A stretch of 38,590 nt of DNA. Source: a virus. Taxonomy: Duplodnaviria > Caudoviricetes. Shown in pieces: positions 1 to 7,860 of this stretch. The notes beneath the pieces are model-generated. The model did not search any database and was not told the origin of the DNA. It saw only the letters and a program-made list of their open reading frames with translations. Where the stretch lies: positions 1-38,590 of IMG/VR virus record IMGVR_UViG_3300033168_000020. The stretch is one strand, 5' to 3'. A program made the position numbers and the translations under genes. Every line of letters begins with the position of its first letter. Position 1 is the first letter of the stretch.

Positions 1-331
1 CGTCGAACTCGACGTCGACATACGCGGCCGCCACCGAGATCGCCTCCATGGCGGCGGTGGAGAGGGGAGCCCGGCCCAGGTTCGTGTGCAGCACGACCCC
101 TGTGGCGTTGAGGACCGGCCGCAACGATGTCGTGCGGGTCGGGAGACTGTCCAACACCTCGGCGACCACGTCGTCCGGGGTGATCTCGCCCGCTCGAGCC
201 CGCGCCTGCGCGGCCGTGACCGCCGACTTCACGACCACCGCACCCAAGCGATCGCCCGCTCGCGCCACCCGTGCGTCGGCCAGGACCACGTCGGTGCGCG
301 GGATGCGACGGCGTTCATCGGGCGGCTCCAC
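1..331 (-). CDS. selA: L-seryl-tRNA(Sec) selenium transferase, 5' part (host; runs off window)
   Basis: Manual translation from GTG 331: VEPPDERRRIPRTDVVL...SLRPVLNATGVVLHTNLGRAPLS; LNATGVVLHTNLGRAPL is the SelA signature; selC and selD lie across the prophage. Confidence 0.93.
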   Translation of the reverse strand, partial: MEPPDERRRIPRTDVVLADARVARAGDRLGAVVVKSAVTAAQARARAGEITPDDVVAEVLDSLPTRTTSLRPVLNATGVVLHTNLGRAPLSTAAMEAISVAAAYVDVEFD

Positions 332-337
332 CGGCCC

Positions 338-343
338 ATTCTA
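338..343 (-). promoter_or_regulatory. Putative -10 (TAGAAT) of a leaderless selA transcript
   Basis: TAGAAT-6 nt-GTG; no Shine-Dalgarno; in-frame TAG just upstream. Confidence 0.5.
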
Positions 344-598
344 TGAGTTCGCCCCAAAGCGTCCGCCCATGGCGGGTTGACAGGACGCCACCGGACACGT
401 GTCACACGAAGCGCCTCCGGCCGGCTGACGAACGGTCTCATGGTGACCGTTCCACTCGACGATTCGGTTGGACCGGACCTGTTCATCAATCGAAGATTCG
501 AGTGGTCAACGGTTCGGGCGTGGGAGACGCTGCTTCCATTCCGTGCAGCAGCTCATCCCGGCGAACCGCTGAGGCCCTACGCAGGACGTATGGCGGCG

Positions 599-624
599 GC
601 GGAGGCGGACGGGAATCGAACCCG
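599..624. repeat. att core, left copy (displaced tRNA-Sec 3' end)
   Basis: GCGGAGGCGGACGGGAATCGAACCCG identical to 38367-38392. Confidence 0.95.
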
Positions 625-901
625 ACCGCCTCCATGCGTGTCAGGGGAGAAACCGCAGGTCAGCCGCCTCCACTGCCCGCTGCCCGGTGTCGTCGCCCAC
701 GCTCGCCCACGCCAGAGTGTGCCCTCAGGGCACACCCCCGCCCACGACGAAAACCCGCCCCGCTCGACCAGCCAGTGGGGGCGGCCGGGAGCGGGGCGGG
801 CGTAGGAGCGGTCAGGCGTACTATTGGCACTGTCTCAGGCACTAGCTTGGGGAAGTGGACCCGGCAGCTCACCGGACGGTGAGTCGGCCGGGTTTCGCGC
901 G

Positions 902-1135
902 TCAGGTGTCGGTCGTCTCCGCGGTCAGGATGATGTGCGCCCACGGCCCGTCGATCTGGTGGAGGTTGTGGGGCCGTACGCGCAGGTCTTGCCGGGGTTC
1001 GCCGCCGCAGCTGAGGACGCCTTCGATGCGACCGGCCTCCCAGCCGGCCCAGTAGGACTGGTCGTCGAACGCGCCGCCGTTGGATGCGATGGCGACGAAC
1101 CGCAGCGCGAGGTCATTGTTGTCCTTGCGCTCCAT
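902..1135 (-). CDS. Phage hypothetical protein (possibly internally deleted)
   Basis: 77-aa ORF on the phage coding strand with protein-like composition (GGAFDDQSYWAGWEAG). Confidence 0.5.
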   Translation of the reverse strand: MERKDNNDLALRFVAIASNGGAFDDQSYWAGWEAGRIEGVLSCGGEPRQDLRVRPHNLHQIDGPWAHIILTAETTDT

Positions 1136-1139
1136 CGCA

Positions 1140-1250
1140 TCAGGTCGGCATCAGTAGAGCCATGTCAGGTTGGTCTCGTAGCGGAGTGTGGCCGACCGCG
1201 GCGAGGGTCTGGGTGAGGTTGTCGACCCACGTCCTCGGGTTGTATGGCAT
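1140..1250 (-). pseudogene. Short ORF or gene remnant (MPYNPRTWVD...)
   Basis: AGGAG RBS then ATG 1250; 36 aa; not in the ORF track. Confidence 0.35.
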
Positions 1251-1346
1251 CGGTGCTCCTCAGGCTTGGGCGGGCGGGACGGGAGTGCCGGGGTGATTGG
1301 CCGCAGCCGTCGCGCCTCCTGACAGGGCGACGACTGCGGAGCGGGT

Positions 1347-1580
1347 CTAGTTCGTCTGCCAGAAGAAGTGGTAGAGGCCTACGGCGATGACTGCCCCGGT
1401 TGCACCTGCGAGGACGATGCCCCATACCGGGTTTGCGAGGGCTTCCCGGAACTCTGTGGTGAGGTATTCGTGTCCGTTGTTGTGAAGCCACCAGTCGATG
1501 AACCACACTTCGCCGACGGTCTGGACGATGATGGCGAGCCACAGCCACGCCCCAATGGGGGATTCGTCTATGAGTTTCAT
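1347..1580 (-). CDS. Small two-TM membrane protein
   Basis: MKLIDESPIGAWLWLAIIV...VWGIVLAGATGAVIAVGLYHFFW; start reassigned to ATG 1580. Confidence 0.7.
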   Translation of the reverse strand: MKLIDESPIGAWLWLAIIVQTVGEVWFIDWWLHNNGHEYLTTEFREALANPVWGIVLAGATGAVIAVGLYHFFWQTN

Positions 1581-1593
1581 GGCAGCCTTCCCG

Positions 1594-2073
1594 TCACGGC
1601 TTCGGGTCGATGAGGCCTTGGATGTATTGTGACGCCTCCCAATCCGCGTGTGCGGCGGTGTGCGCGCCGGCCGCGCCGCGGTGATGGTAGGCGCACAGCC
1701 AGCGAAAGTTCGCTTCCGACTCGATCCACTTGCCGACTGCTTCTGGATCGGAAATCCCGGGGTAGTCGTGCTCGAGCGCCTTGAGGTCCACACCGTTCTG
1801 GAGGGAGAACTCGACGTGGGCGTGGTGAAGCTCCAGCGGCCCGTCACTGCAGTGGTCGACTCCGACCCTGTCGCCGATGAAGCAGGTGGCGGTCTTGGAG
1901 TACTTGCGGTGGTAGGCGTTGAAGTCCACGTAGTGCGGGTCGTCCTTCCTCGCCGGGTGGGCTGGGAAGTGCATCAGGTACTTGTGGCCCTGTGCTGCGG
2001 AGTGGGCGGCGACCTGCTGCGCCGGGGTGGGACCGGCTACCGGTTCGACCTTGACTACAGACTCGTCTGCCAT
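1594..2073 (-). CDS. His/Cys-rich HNH-like hypothetical protein
   Basis: C...C-x4-LELHH...ANFRWLCAYHHRG...H pattern. Confidence 0.6.
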   Translation of the reverse strand: MADESVVKVEPVAGPTPAQQVAAHSAAQGHKYLMHFPAHPARKDDPHYVDFNAYHRKYSKTATCFIGDRVGVDHCSDGPLELHHAHVEFSLQNGVDLKALEHDYPGISDPEAVGKWIESEANFRWLCAYHHRGAAGAHTAAHADWEASQYIQGLIDPKP

Positions 2074-2075
2074 CG

Positions 2076-2318
2076 TCAGGCCGCGGGGGGTGCGGGTGGC
2101 GTCGCTGCTGGCACGGCCGCGCCGCTCAGGTGTGCGAGGGGCACGACCTGGGAGCGGGTGACGCCGCCGCCGATGAGGGCGAGGACTGCGCCGGCGGCGG
2201 CGGTGATAGCGGAGCTCTGGTCGTTGGACACGACGAAGCCGAACGCGCCGGCGACGCCGATGAGCGCGAGGATGAGCGCGACGACCATTGCCGGCTCAGT
2301 CTTGATCTTGTCGAGCAT
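2076..2318 (-). CDS. Holin
   Basis: MLDKIKTEPAMVVALILALIGVAGAFGF...VTRSQVVP: two TMs with EP...R.QV.P pattern typical of actinophage holins; downstream of endolysin. Confidence 0.75.
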   Translation of the reverse strand: MLDKIKTEPAMVVALILALIGVAGAFGFVVSNDQSSAITAAAGAVLALIGGGVTRSQVVPLAHLSGAAVPAATPPAPPAA

Positions 2319-2359
2319 GGGATGACTCCTGAGGGTTGCGGGGGCGATGCGGTAGGTGG

Positions 2360-2401
2360 ACATCAGTGGGTGACGATCCACATCAGTGGGTGACGATCCA
2401 C
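2360..2401. repeat. 20-bp tandem duplication
   Basis: ACATCAGTGGGTGACGATCC twice. Confidence 0.9.
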
Positions 2402-2595
2402 TCGATGCGAGTGGCGCCGCCGTGGCCGTGGATGACCTCGACGTCCTCGATGGACGGCCAGACCACGGTGGACTGGCGTTCGCCGCGCCACCTGATGACA
2501 GTCACGCCGTCGGGGAAGACGACTCCGTCAGCGACGACGCCCGTGCCGGAGACGCCGGTCACGTCGAAGTCGCGGGCCAGTTGGAAGAGGTGCAT
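2383..2595 (-). CDS. Conserved-type actinophage hypothetical protein
   Basis: MHLFQLARDFDVTGVSGTGVVADGVVFPDG...IHGHGGATRIEW; TGATG-coupled start. Confidence 0.75.
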   Translation of the reverse strand: MHLFQLARDFDVTGVSGTGVVADGVVFPDGVTVIRWRGERQSTVVWPSIEDVEVIHGHGGATRIEWIVTH

Positions 2596-2678
2596 CAGTG
2601 CCGCCCGGTGGGGAACAGTGCGGCGGCGATGAGGACGGCCATGAGCAGGGCGAACCCGACCCACTCGAGGACGCTCAC
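2595..2678 (-). CDS. 27-aa single-TM peptide (KdpF-like appearance)
   Basis: MSVLEWVGFALLMAVLIAAALFPTGRH; GTGA overlap with endolysin stop and TGATG overlap with next gene. Confidence 0.6.
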   Translation of the reverse strand: MSVLEWVGFALLMAVLIAAALFPTGRH

Positions 2679-3994
2679 TTGCCGAGCACCTTCGCCTGGA
2701 TCGCGTCGAGCTCGACCTGCTTGCGGGCCAGGTCGGCGCGCAGGTCCTTGTTGAGGGCGTCGAACTTCTGATCCATCGCCTTGCACCACGTGCGCAAGTC
2801 GGTGTTGAGCGTGTCGAAGTGGGACTCGAAGTCGGGCGAAACAGCCATGTCATCTCCAGGTGGTGTTGGTGGAACGGGCGGTGCGGGGCTTGGCGCGACG
2901 GGGGCCACAGGGGCCACAGGGGCTACGGGCGGGGTGGGCGGCGGTGAGGTTCCGGTGAGGCGGGCGGTCACGTCGCGGCGGACGTTCGGCATCCACACCT
3001 GGCCGGGGTCGGGCTTGTCCGAGGACCACTCCCGGTGCGCGATGACCGAGCGGCCGTCCCAGCCGTGGAAGCGGCAGATGCCGGCGTCCCAGCGGACCAT
3101 CGCGTCATACTGGGCGGCGCTCATCGGGCGGCCGCCGGAGTACATGACCTCGAGGCCGTAGAAGTGGCTGTTTCCGTCGACGCCGTTGAGGTTCCCGAGC
3201 CGCGGGTGCAGCTCGGCGTCCATCGGCGTGGCGTTGTTCTGGACTGCCGCAAGGCTGGCCGGGTCCCCGCCGCCGGCGTGGTTGCAGCGGCCGTTGCCAA
3301 CGAGGTAGATCGTCCCGTCGTTGCCGAGCCCAGCCTGGCAGAGCGGTCCGGGCAGGGTCGAGTAGCCGTGGAACAGGGTGCTGGCCGCGTAGCCGGCGCA
3401 GTCGGACACGTCGGAGCCGGTGTGGTGGTTGACAACCCCGTTGAGTGGACCGAACGGCCCGTGCCCTTCGCGGTTGTTCGTCCGCCAGCCGGGGACCTCG
3501 ACGACGGTCAGGCCCTCGGCCTTCAGCGCGGTCACCATCTGGTCTGCGGTCATCGGGGTGCTCACGGGCTTACCTCCTGATTTGAGTGCTTGAACAAGGG
3601 CGCGCCCAACGTCGACGCGCTGCTGGTAGCGGTCGGGGTAGGCCGAGCGCTGGACTGCCTGCGCGGCCTGCCCCTCGGTCATCGACCCGCGGTTGGTGAT
3701 CTTGACTAGTTCGCGCAGGAACGCGCGGGCGGACGTGTAGGGGTCCTCACACTGCGCGATGGTCCCCCAGCCTTGGGATGGCCGCTGCTGGAACGGGCCG
3801 ACAGAGTCGGCGTCCTTATGGAACACCGCTGGCCCGGTCTGGAAGTTGGACTCGGTGTCCGCGGTGATCAGCGCGATCACGGCGTCCCTGTCGGTGAGGG
3901 ATGCGTCTTTGCAGGCCCGCCAGATCGCCTCGACGATCCGGAGTTGTTCGCCGGCGAGCGCCTGCCCGCCGTACTTGCCGTCTGGGAGAGTCAT
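2675..3994 (-). CDS. Endolysin: lysozyme-like domain + N-acetylmuramoyl-L-alanine amidase + Pro linker + coiled C-terminus
   Basis: ITADTESNF...SVGPFQQRPSQGWG (lysozyme-like); VNHHTG...NHAG...GLEV...AHREWS..KPDPG (amidase_2 Zn ligands). Confidence 0.9.
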   Translation of the reverse strand: MTLPDGKYGGQALAGEQLRIVEAIWRACKDASLTDRDAVIALITADTESNFQTGPAVFHKDADSVGPFQQRPSQGWGTIAQCEDPYTSARAFLRELVKITNRGSMTEGQAAQAVQRSAYPDRYQQRVDVGRALVQALKSGGKPVSTPMTADQMVTALKAEGLTVVEVPGWRTNNREGHGPFGPLNGVVNHHTGSDVSDCAGYAASTLFHGYSTLPGPLCQAGLGNDGTIYLVGNGRCNHAGGGDPASLAAVQNNATPMDAELHPRLGNLNGVDGNSHFYGLEVMYSGGRPMSAAQYDAMVRWDAGICRFHGWDGRSVIAHREWSSDKPDPGQVWMPNVRRDVTARLTGTSPPPTPPVAPVAPVAPVAPSPAPPVPPTPPGDDMAVSPDFESHFDTLNTDLRTWCKAMDQKFDALNKDLRADLARKQVELDAIQAKVLGK

Positions 3995-4347
3995 CGGCGG
4001 TCCTGTGGGGCTCGGCGGGAGTCGGGCATCGGGTCGGGCTTCAAACCGGGGGCGTGCTCGCCGATGAACCGCTGCAGGTAGCCGATGAACTGGCGCAGCT
4101 CCTGGATCTCGGCCTGGTCGATGTCGCCTTGGCTCTCCAGGATGGCGATACGCCCATACGCTTTGTCCAGGGACTTCTCGACGCTCGCCAGCCTTCCCTC
4201 CAGCGCCTCGACAAGCCGGTTGAACCCGTCGACGGCGGAGATGCGCGCGGTCTCTTGGGAGGCGCGGTACACCTTCACCCCGCCCAGGATGGCGCCGATG
4301 AGGGTTCCGATCCCGGCGAGTGCGCCCAGGAGCGTCTGCCAGATCAT
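3991..4347 (-). CDS. Lysis-region membrane protein (N-terminal TM + coiled coil)
   Basis: MIWQTLLGALAGIGTLIGAILGG followed by heptad helix; ATGA overlaps at both ends. Confidence 0.75.
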   Translation of the reverse strand: MIWQTLLGALAGIGTLIGAILGGVKVYRASQETARISAVDGFNRLVEALEGRLASVEKSLDKAYGRIAILESQGDIDQAEIQELRQFIGYLQRFIGEHAPGLKPDPMPDSRRAPQDRR

Positions 4348-4895
4348 TCTTCGTCCCCTTCCTCGGTCGGCTCTTCGCTGAGCAGCGGCGGCGGCTCGAC
4401 CTCCGGAACCTTGGTCGGCTCTTCGATGAGCAGCAGCGGCGGCGGCTCGCGCCACCCCGCGCAGACCACGACGATCCCGATGAACACGGTGTAGAACAGC
4501 GCAGACAGCCACCCGTACCGGTAGCCGCTGCGGCCGTCGGCGGTGAAGTCGACCCACGCGATGAAGTAGCTCACGGCGCGGACGGCGGGCATCAGATACA
4601 GCGCGACGAATCCCCAGCCGTCTGAGCGGACCCTCGGCATCCAGGCATAGCCGATGGCGACGAGTCCGGTCCCGCACCACAGGGCTGCCCGGATCGGCAC
4701 GGGGATGTGGAGGAAGAGGAGGTCCTCGGCGGGCGGCGGGACGATGGCGGCGCCGATGCCGATGAGGATCCATGCGATGCCGAGCAGGAGGAGGACCTCG
4801 CCCCGTTTCCCGAGCGGCATGACGGGCCACCGGCGCCGGCGGGCCCGGGCGAGGACGATGGCGAGGCGGTCAGCGCGCTCGCGTTGTGTGGGCAT
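4344..4895 (-). CDS. Four-TM membrane protein (holin-like accessory)
   Basis: Four hydrophobic segments and acidic tail; first gene of the lysis cassette. Confidence 0.7.
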   Translation of the reverse strand: MPTQRERADRLAIVLARARRRRWPVMPLGKRGEVLLLLGIAWILIGIGAAIVPPPAEDLLFLHIPVPIRAALWCGTGLVAIGYAWMPRVRSDGWGFVALYLMPAVRAVSYFIAWVDFTADGRSGYRYGWLSALFYTVFIGIVVVCAGWREPPPLLLIEEPTKVPEVEPPPLLSEEPTEEGDEE

Positions 4896-4950
4896 CAGGC
4901 TCGGCCTCCGCGTTCCTTGTGTGCACGGGTGCCTGCGTCCGGGGTGTACA

Positions 4951-5673
4951 TCAGGCGAGCTCGTATTCGCCGGACGCGGTCAAGGTGCCGTTGACCTGGA
5001 TGGGGTAGTTGAACGCCGTCCCGGTGATAAGGGGGATACCAGTGCCAGCCGACGACCCGTCGGACGTGTCCTGGAAGTACGTCTGCGCGGCGTTGCCGTT
5101 GGATCGCGGGAAGTGCAGCACGCCCGTGTTCCCGCCTGCGCCGACCGCCCAAAACCCCAGCCAGTTGTCGGAGGTGTTAGGCACGAACAGGCCACAAGGC
5201 CCGGTCTGGTTCAACGTGGCGATGTTCGCGGCCGGTAGCCCTGGCGGGAACGCGAACACCAGCGACCCGCCCGGGCCGGACACGGAGGACCCGAAGGACC
5301 AGGTGCATTGGAAGTCGACCTTCTTCCCGGTCAGCCGGAACCGGCCGATCTGCGACGACCCGCCTCCCAGGGTGAACGCAACCCCGCTGCCGGACTGCAA
5401 CGTCGGGGTCCACGTGTCCCACGCCGTCGGGTTCATCATGTCCGCCCACGCCGCCAGAATGGCGTCGTAGTAGACGAACTTCCCCGGCGAGATCAGCCAC
5501 GCCACCTGCCCGCCGACCGGGGCCGTGATCTTCCCGTCCCGGTCTGCCGCTGACGCAAACCGGCCGACGAACATCGTCTCCGCGTTACTGAACGCGGTCA
5601 TCAGGTCGGCGGGAACCTGGTCTGTGGCCCCGGCCGCTGGGATCGGGACGCCCGTGATCGGGGTATTCGGCAT
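4951..5673 (-). CDS. Minor tail protein
   Basis: RFASAADRD..ITAPVGGQVAWL and W.TWTPTL...GRFRLTGKKVDF...F.FP motifs typical of actinophage tail fibre-like proteins. Confidence 0.75.
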   Translation of the reverse strand: MPNTPITGVPIPAAGATDQVPADLMTAFSNAETMFVGRFASAADRDGKITAPVGGQVAWLISPGKFVYYDAILAAWADMMNPTAWDTWTPTLQSGSGVAFTLGGGSSQIGRFRLTGKKVDFQCTWSFGSSVSGPGGSLVFAFPPGLPAANIATLNQTGPCGLFVPNTSDNWLGFWAVGAGGNTGVLHFPRSNGNAAQTYFQDTSDGSSAGTGIPLITGTAFNYPIQVNGTLTASGEYELA

Positions 5674-5690
5674 GCGCGCTCCTCAAGCTT

Positions 5691-6068
5691 TCAGTTGTCG
5701 GTGGCGAGCCCGGCGCGGATGAGCCCGGCGCGGAGGACGTTGAGCAGGACCAGCGCGGACGTCAGGTCCGTCGGCGCAGGCGGCAGGACGACCCGGCCTC
5801 GGCCGCGCAGCTGCACGCGGGCGCCGCTGCCGAAGTCGAGCCACAGGCTGTCAACGCCGTCAGGGCCCTGGAACGGGCGCAGGACGCCGCTCCTGTCGAG
5901 TACGACCGGCGCCGGGTCGAGGGCGAAAGGCAGCAGGTCCGTAACCTGCGTCTGCCCGGTGCGCGTCGTCCACGCTGTGACCTTGGCCCCGGGCGGACCG
6001 GACACCACCGAGGCGCCCTTGCTGTCCGGTGGGCCGTCGATGGCGTCGCCGCCGAACCAGGCTCTCAC
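5691..6068 (-). CDS. Minor tail protein
   Basis: GTG 6068 overlaps upstream stop; VTAWTTRTGQTQVTDLL...FQGPDGVDSLWLDFGSGARV. Confidence 0.7.
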   Translation of the reverse strand: MRAWFGGDAIDGPPDSKGASVVSGPPGAKVTAWTTRTGQTQVTDLLPFALDPAPVVLDRSGVLRPFQGPDGVDSLWLDFGSGARVQLRGRGRVVLPPAPTDLTSALVLLNVLRAGLIRAGLATDN

Positions 6069-6709
6069 TGGACGAACCGCGCGTCGAACGAGGACCCGAA
6101 GTCGGACTGGATGTAGGTGCCAGTGGCGGCGGACAAATACCAGAGGACCTCGACGTAGTCGCCGGCGGCGACAGTCACCAGCTTCGCCGGGGTCGCGGCG
6201 GTGCCGGCCCCCCCGGACGGTTTCGTCACAACGGACCCTTTCACCCTGACCCCGTTCACCGCGAGACACACAGCACCGAAGCCGGTGCCGTCGATGGCGA
6301 CGACGCCCTGGAACGACCAGATGCTGCCGCTGCCAGGGGTGCCCGGGACGGTGTACCGGGACGGGTTCGTCGTGCTGTGCCCCTGTTGAGTGTCGAACAG
6401 CGTGACGTCGAACAGGACCGCCGTCCACGTGTACGACGCCACCCCCGTCTGCGCGGTGGCCTGGGTCGCGGAGAACAGCGGCGGCGGGGGCGGCGGGGGC
6501 GGCGGGGGCGGCGGGGGGGGGGCCGGCGCGAGCATGGTCTCCACGTATGGCTGCGACCCCAGCCACGACACGATCACCGAGTCGCCGATCTGCGGCTTGT
6601 ACCACTGCGGCGTCGGCAGACCCGGCACCGTGGCACCCAACACGAGGACGTCCACCAGTGCGCCGTTGACAGCCATGACGTACCCCGACGCGCGCGGGTG
6701 GTCGCTCAC
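6065..6709 (-). CDS. Minor tail protein, poly-Pro linker + C1q/TNF-like beta domain (candidate receptor-binding protein)
   Basis: N-terminal YKPQIGDSV module, P13 run, then FSA...WTAVLFD...SRYTVP. Confidence 0.65.
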   Translation of the reverse strand: MSDHPRASGYVMAVNGALVDVLVLGATVPGLPTPQWYKPQIGDSVIVSWLGSQPYVETMLAPAPPPPPPPPPPPPPPLFSATQATAQTGVASYTWTAVLFDVTLFDTQQGHSTTNPSRYTVPGTPGSGSIWSFQGVVAIDGTGFGAVCLAVNGVRVKGSVVTKPSGGAGTAATPAKLVTVAAGDYVEVLWYLSAATGTYIQSDFGSSFDARFVQ

Positions 6710-7860
6710 GACAGGTTCCCCCCGTACAGGTGCTGCCGCCGCTTCCGGACGTACTTGACGATCGCGAGCGTGGACCTCGTCTGGGCGGTCATCACCCCGG
6801 CCGCGTCCAACGGGATCGTGATCGAGTCCTGCAAGTGCCGCTCCACGATCCCGGTAGCGGGATCGACGACCTGCACCACGTCCCCTGGTTCCAACGCCGG
6901 GTTCACCACCGTCGAGTAGTTGATACTCCTAGCGGCGCCGGTGTTGTTCACCAGCATCGCCCGAGCGGCGTTGTTCGCCTGGTCCTTGTTCACGAACAAG
7001 GCGCTGTCGTAGAACCCGACGACCCGCCCGAACGGGCCGCCCCAGAACGTCGGCGACGTCGGGTCGTCGTCGGTGGCCAGGTCGGAGATGACCGTCGCCC
7101 CGCCGGCGCTCGTCGTGGACCCGCGAGCGACGACCCCGTTGAACACCTGATCCCGGGTCAAGTCGTGCCGCGCCCCGATCAGCACCCCGCCGGGGCCGCC
7201 GGTGACGGTGAACACGGGCGGGTCGTTCGGCGACGGCTGCGGCTGGATGATGAAGTCGCCGTAAGGGTCGGCGAACACCTCACACCCCAAGCTCGACGCC
7301 AGGTCGACGAGCGCCTGGGACCGGGACTGCGGCCACGTCACCCTGGGCAGGGACACGTCGACCACGTCCGGGTCGACCCGGACCTCAGCCCACGGCACCA
7401 CCTCCCGCAGCAGTGCCTTGATCTGCTCGACCGCGGACGCCGCCGGCGGAGACGTCCGCGGGAACGGGAACCTTGTCTCCTCAACCCGCTTGAGCCGGTC
7501 GATCCCGGTCACCGCGATCCCCTTGAACACGCCGTCGTCGAAGGTCACCGAGCGGATTCCGAACGTGCCGACACAGATCAGCTCCGGGCCGTTGACTGTG
7601 ACCGCGCCACGCCACAGCCGGATCTCGTTGCCATACGGCGCGAGGAGGTCACCGGATGCGCCGGTCGGGGTGTACGCCGGATCGCCGATGGTGACGGAGC
7701 AGGTGCGGCGCGCCAGCTGGGTACGGTTCGCGGTGACGCTGCCGGCCGTGACCGGCAGCCCTTGCGCGACGGTCTTGCCGTTGCGGACGATGTCTGCGCG
7801 CACGACCAGCTGGTGCGAGCGGGCGACGGTCGCGTCGAACACCGCCGACCGGGGCTGCAT
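6706..7860 (-). CDS. Minor tail / baseplate hub protein (DUF5047-like)
   Basis: GSVTANR...RRTCSVTI...LAPYGNEIRLWRG...YNGVV-type motif...NPALEPGDVV; start ATG 7860. Confidence 0.8.
   Translation of the reverse strand: MQPRSAVFDATVARSHQLVVRADIVRNGKTVAQGLPVTAGSVTANRTQLARRTCSVTIGDPAYTPTGASGDLLAPYGNEIRLWRGAVTVNGPELICVGTFGIRSVTFDDGVFKGIAVTGIDRLKRVEETRFPFPRTSPPAASAVEQIKALLREVVPWAEVRVDPDVVDVSLPRVTWPQSRSQALVDLASSLGCEVFADPYGDFIIQPQPSPNDPPVFTVTGGPGGVLIGARHDLTRDQVFNGVVARGSTTSAGGATVISDLATDDDPTSPTFWGGPFGRVVGFYDSALFVNKDQANNAARAMLVNNTGAARSINYSTVVNPALEPGDVVQVVDPATGIVERHLQDSITIPLDAAGVMTAQTRSTLAIVKYVRKRRQHLYGGNLS

Noticed and set aside
599-633. Second tRNA gene at the left end
   Set aside because: Only T arm and 3' acceptor strand are present; it is the att duplication
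48-882. Plus-strand ORFs 48-380, 271-882, 377-805
   Set aside because: Antisense to selA or cross the att junction; no recognisable motifs
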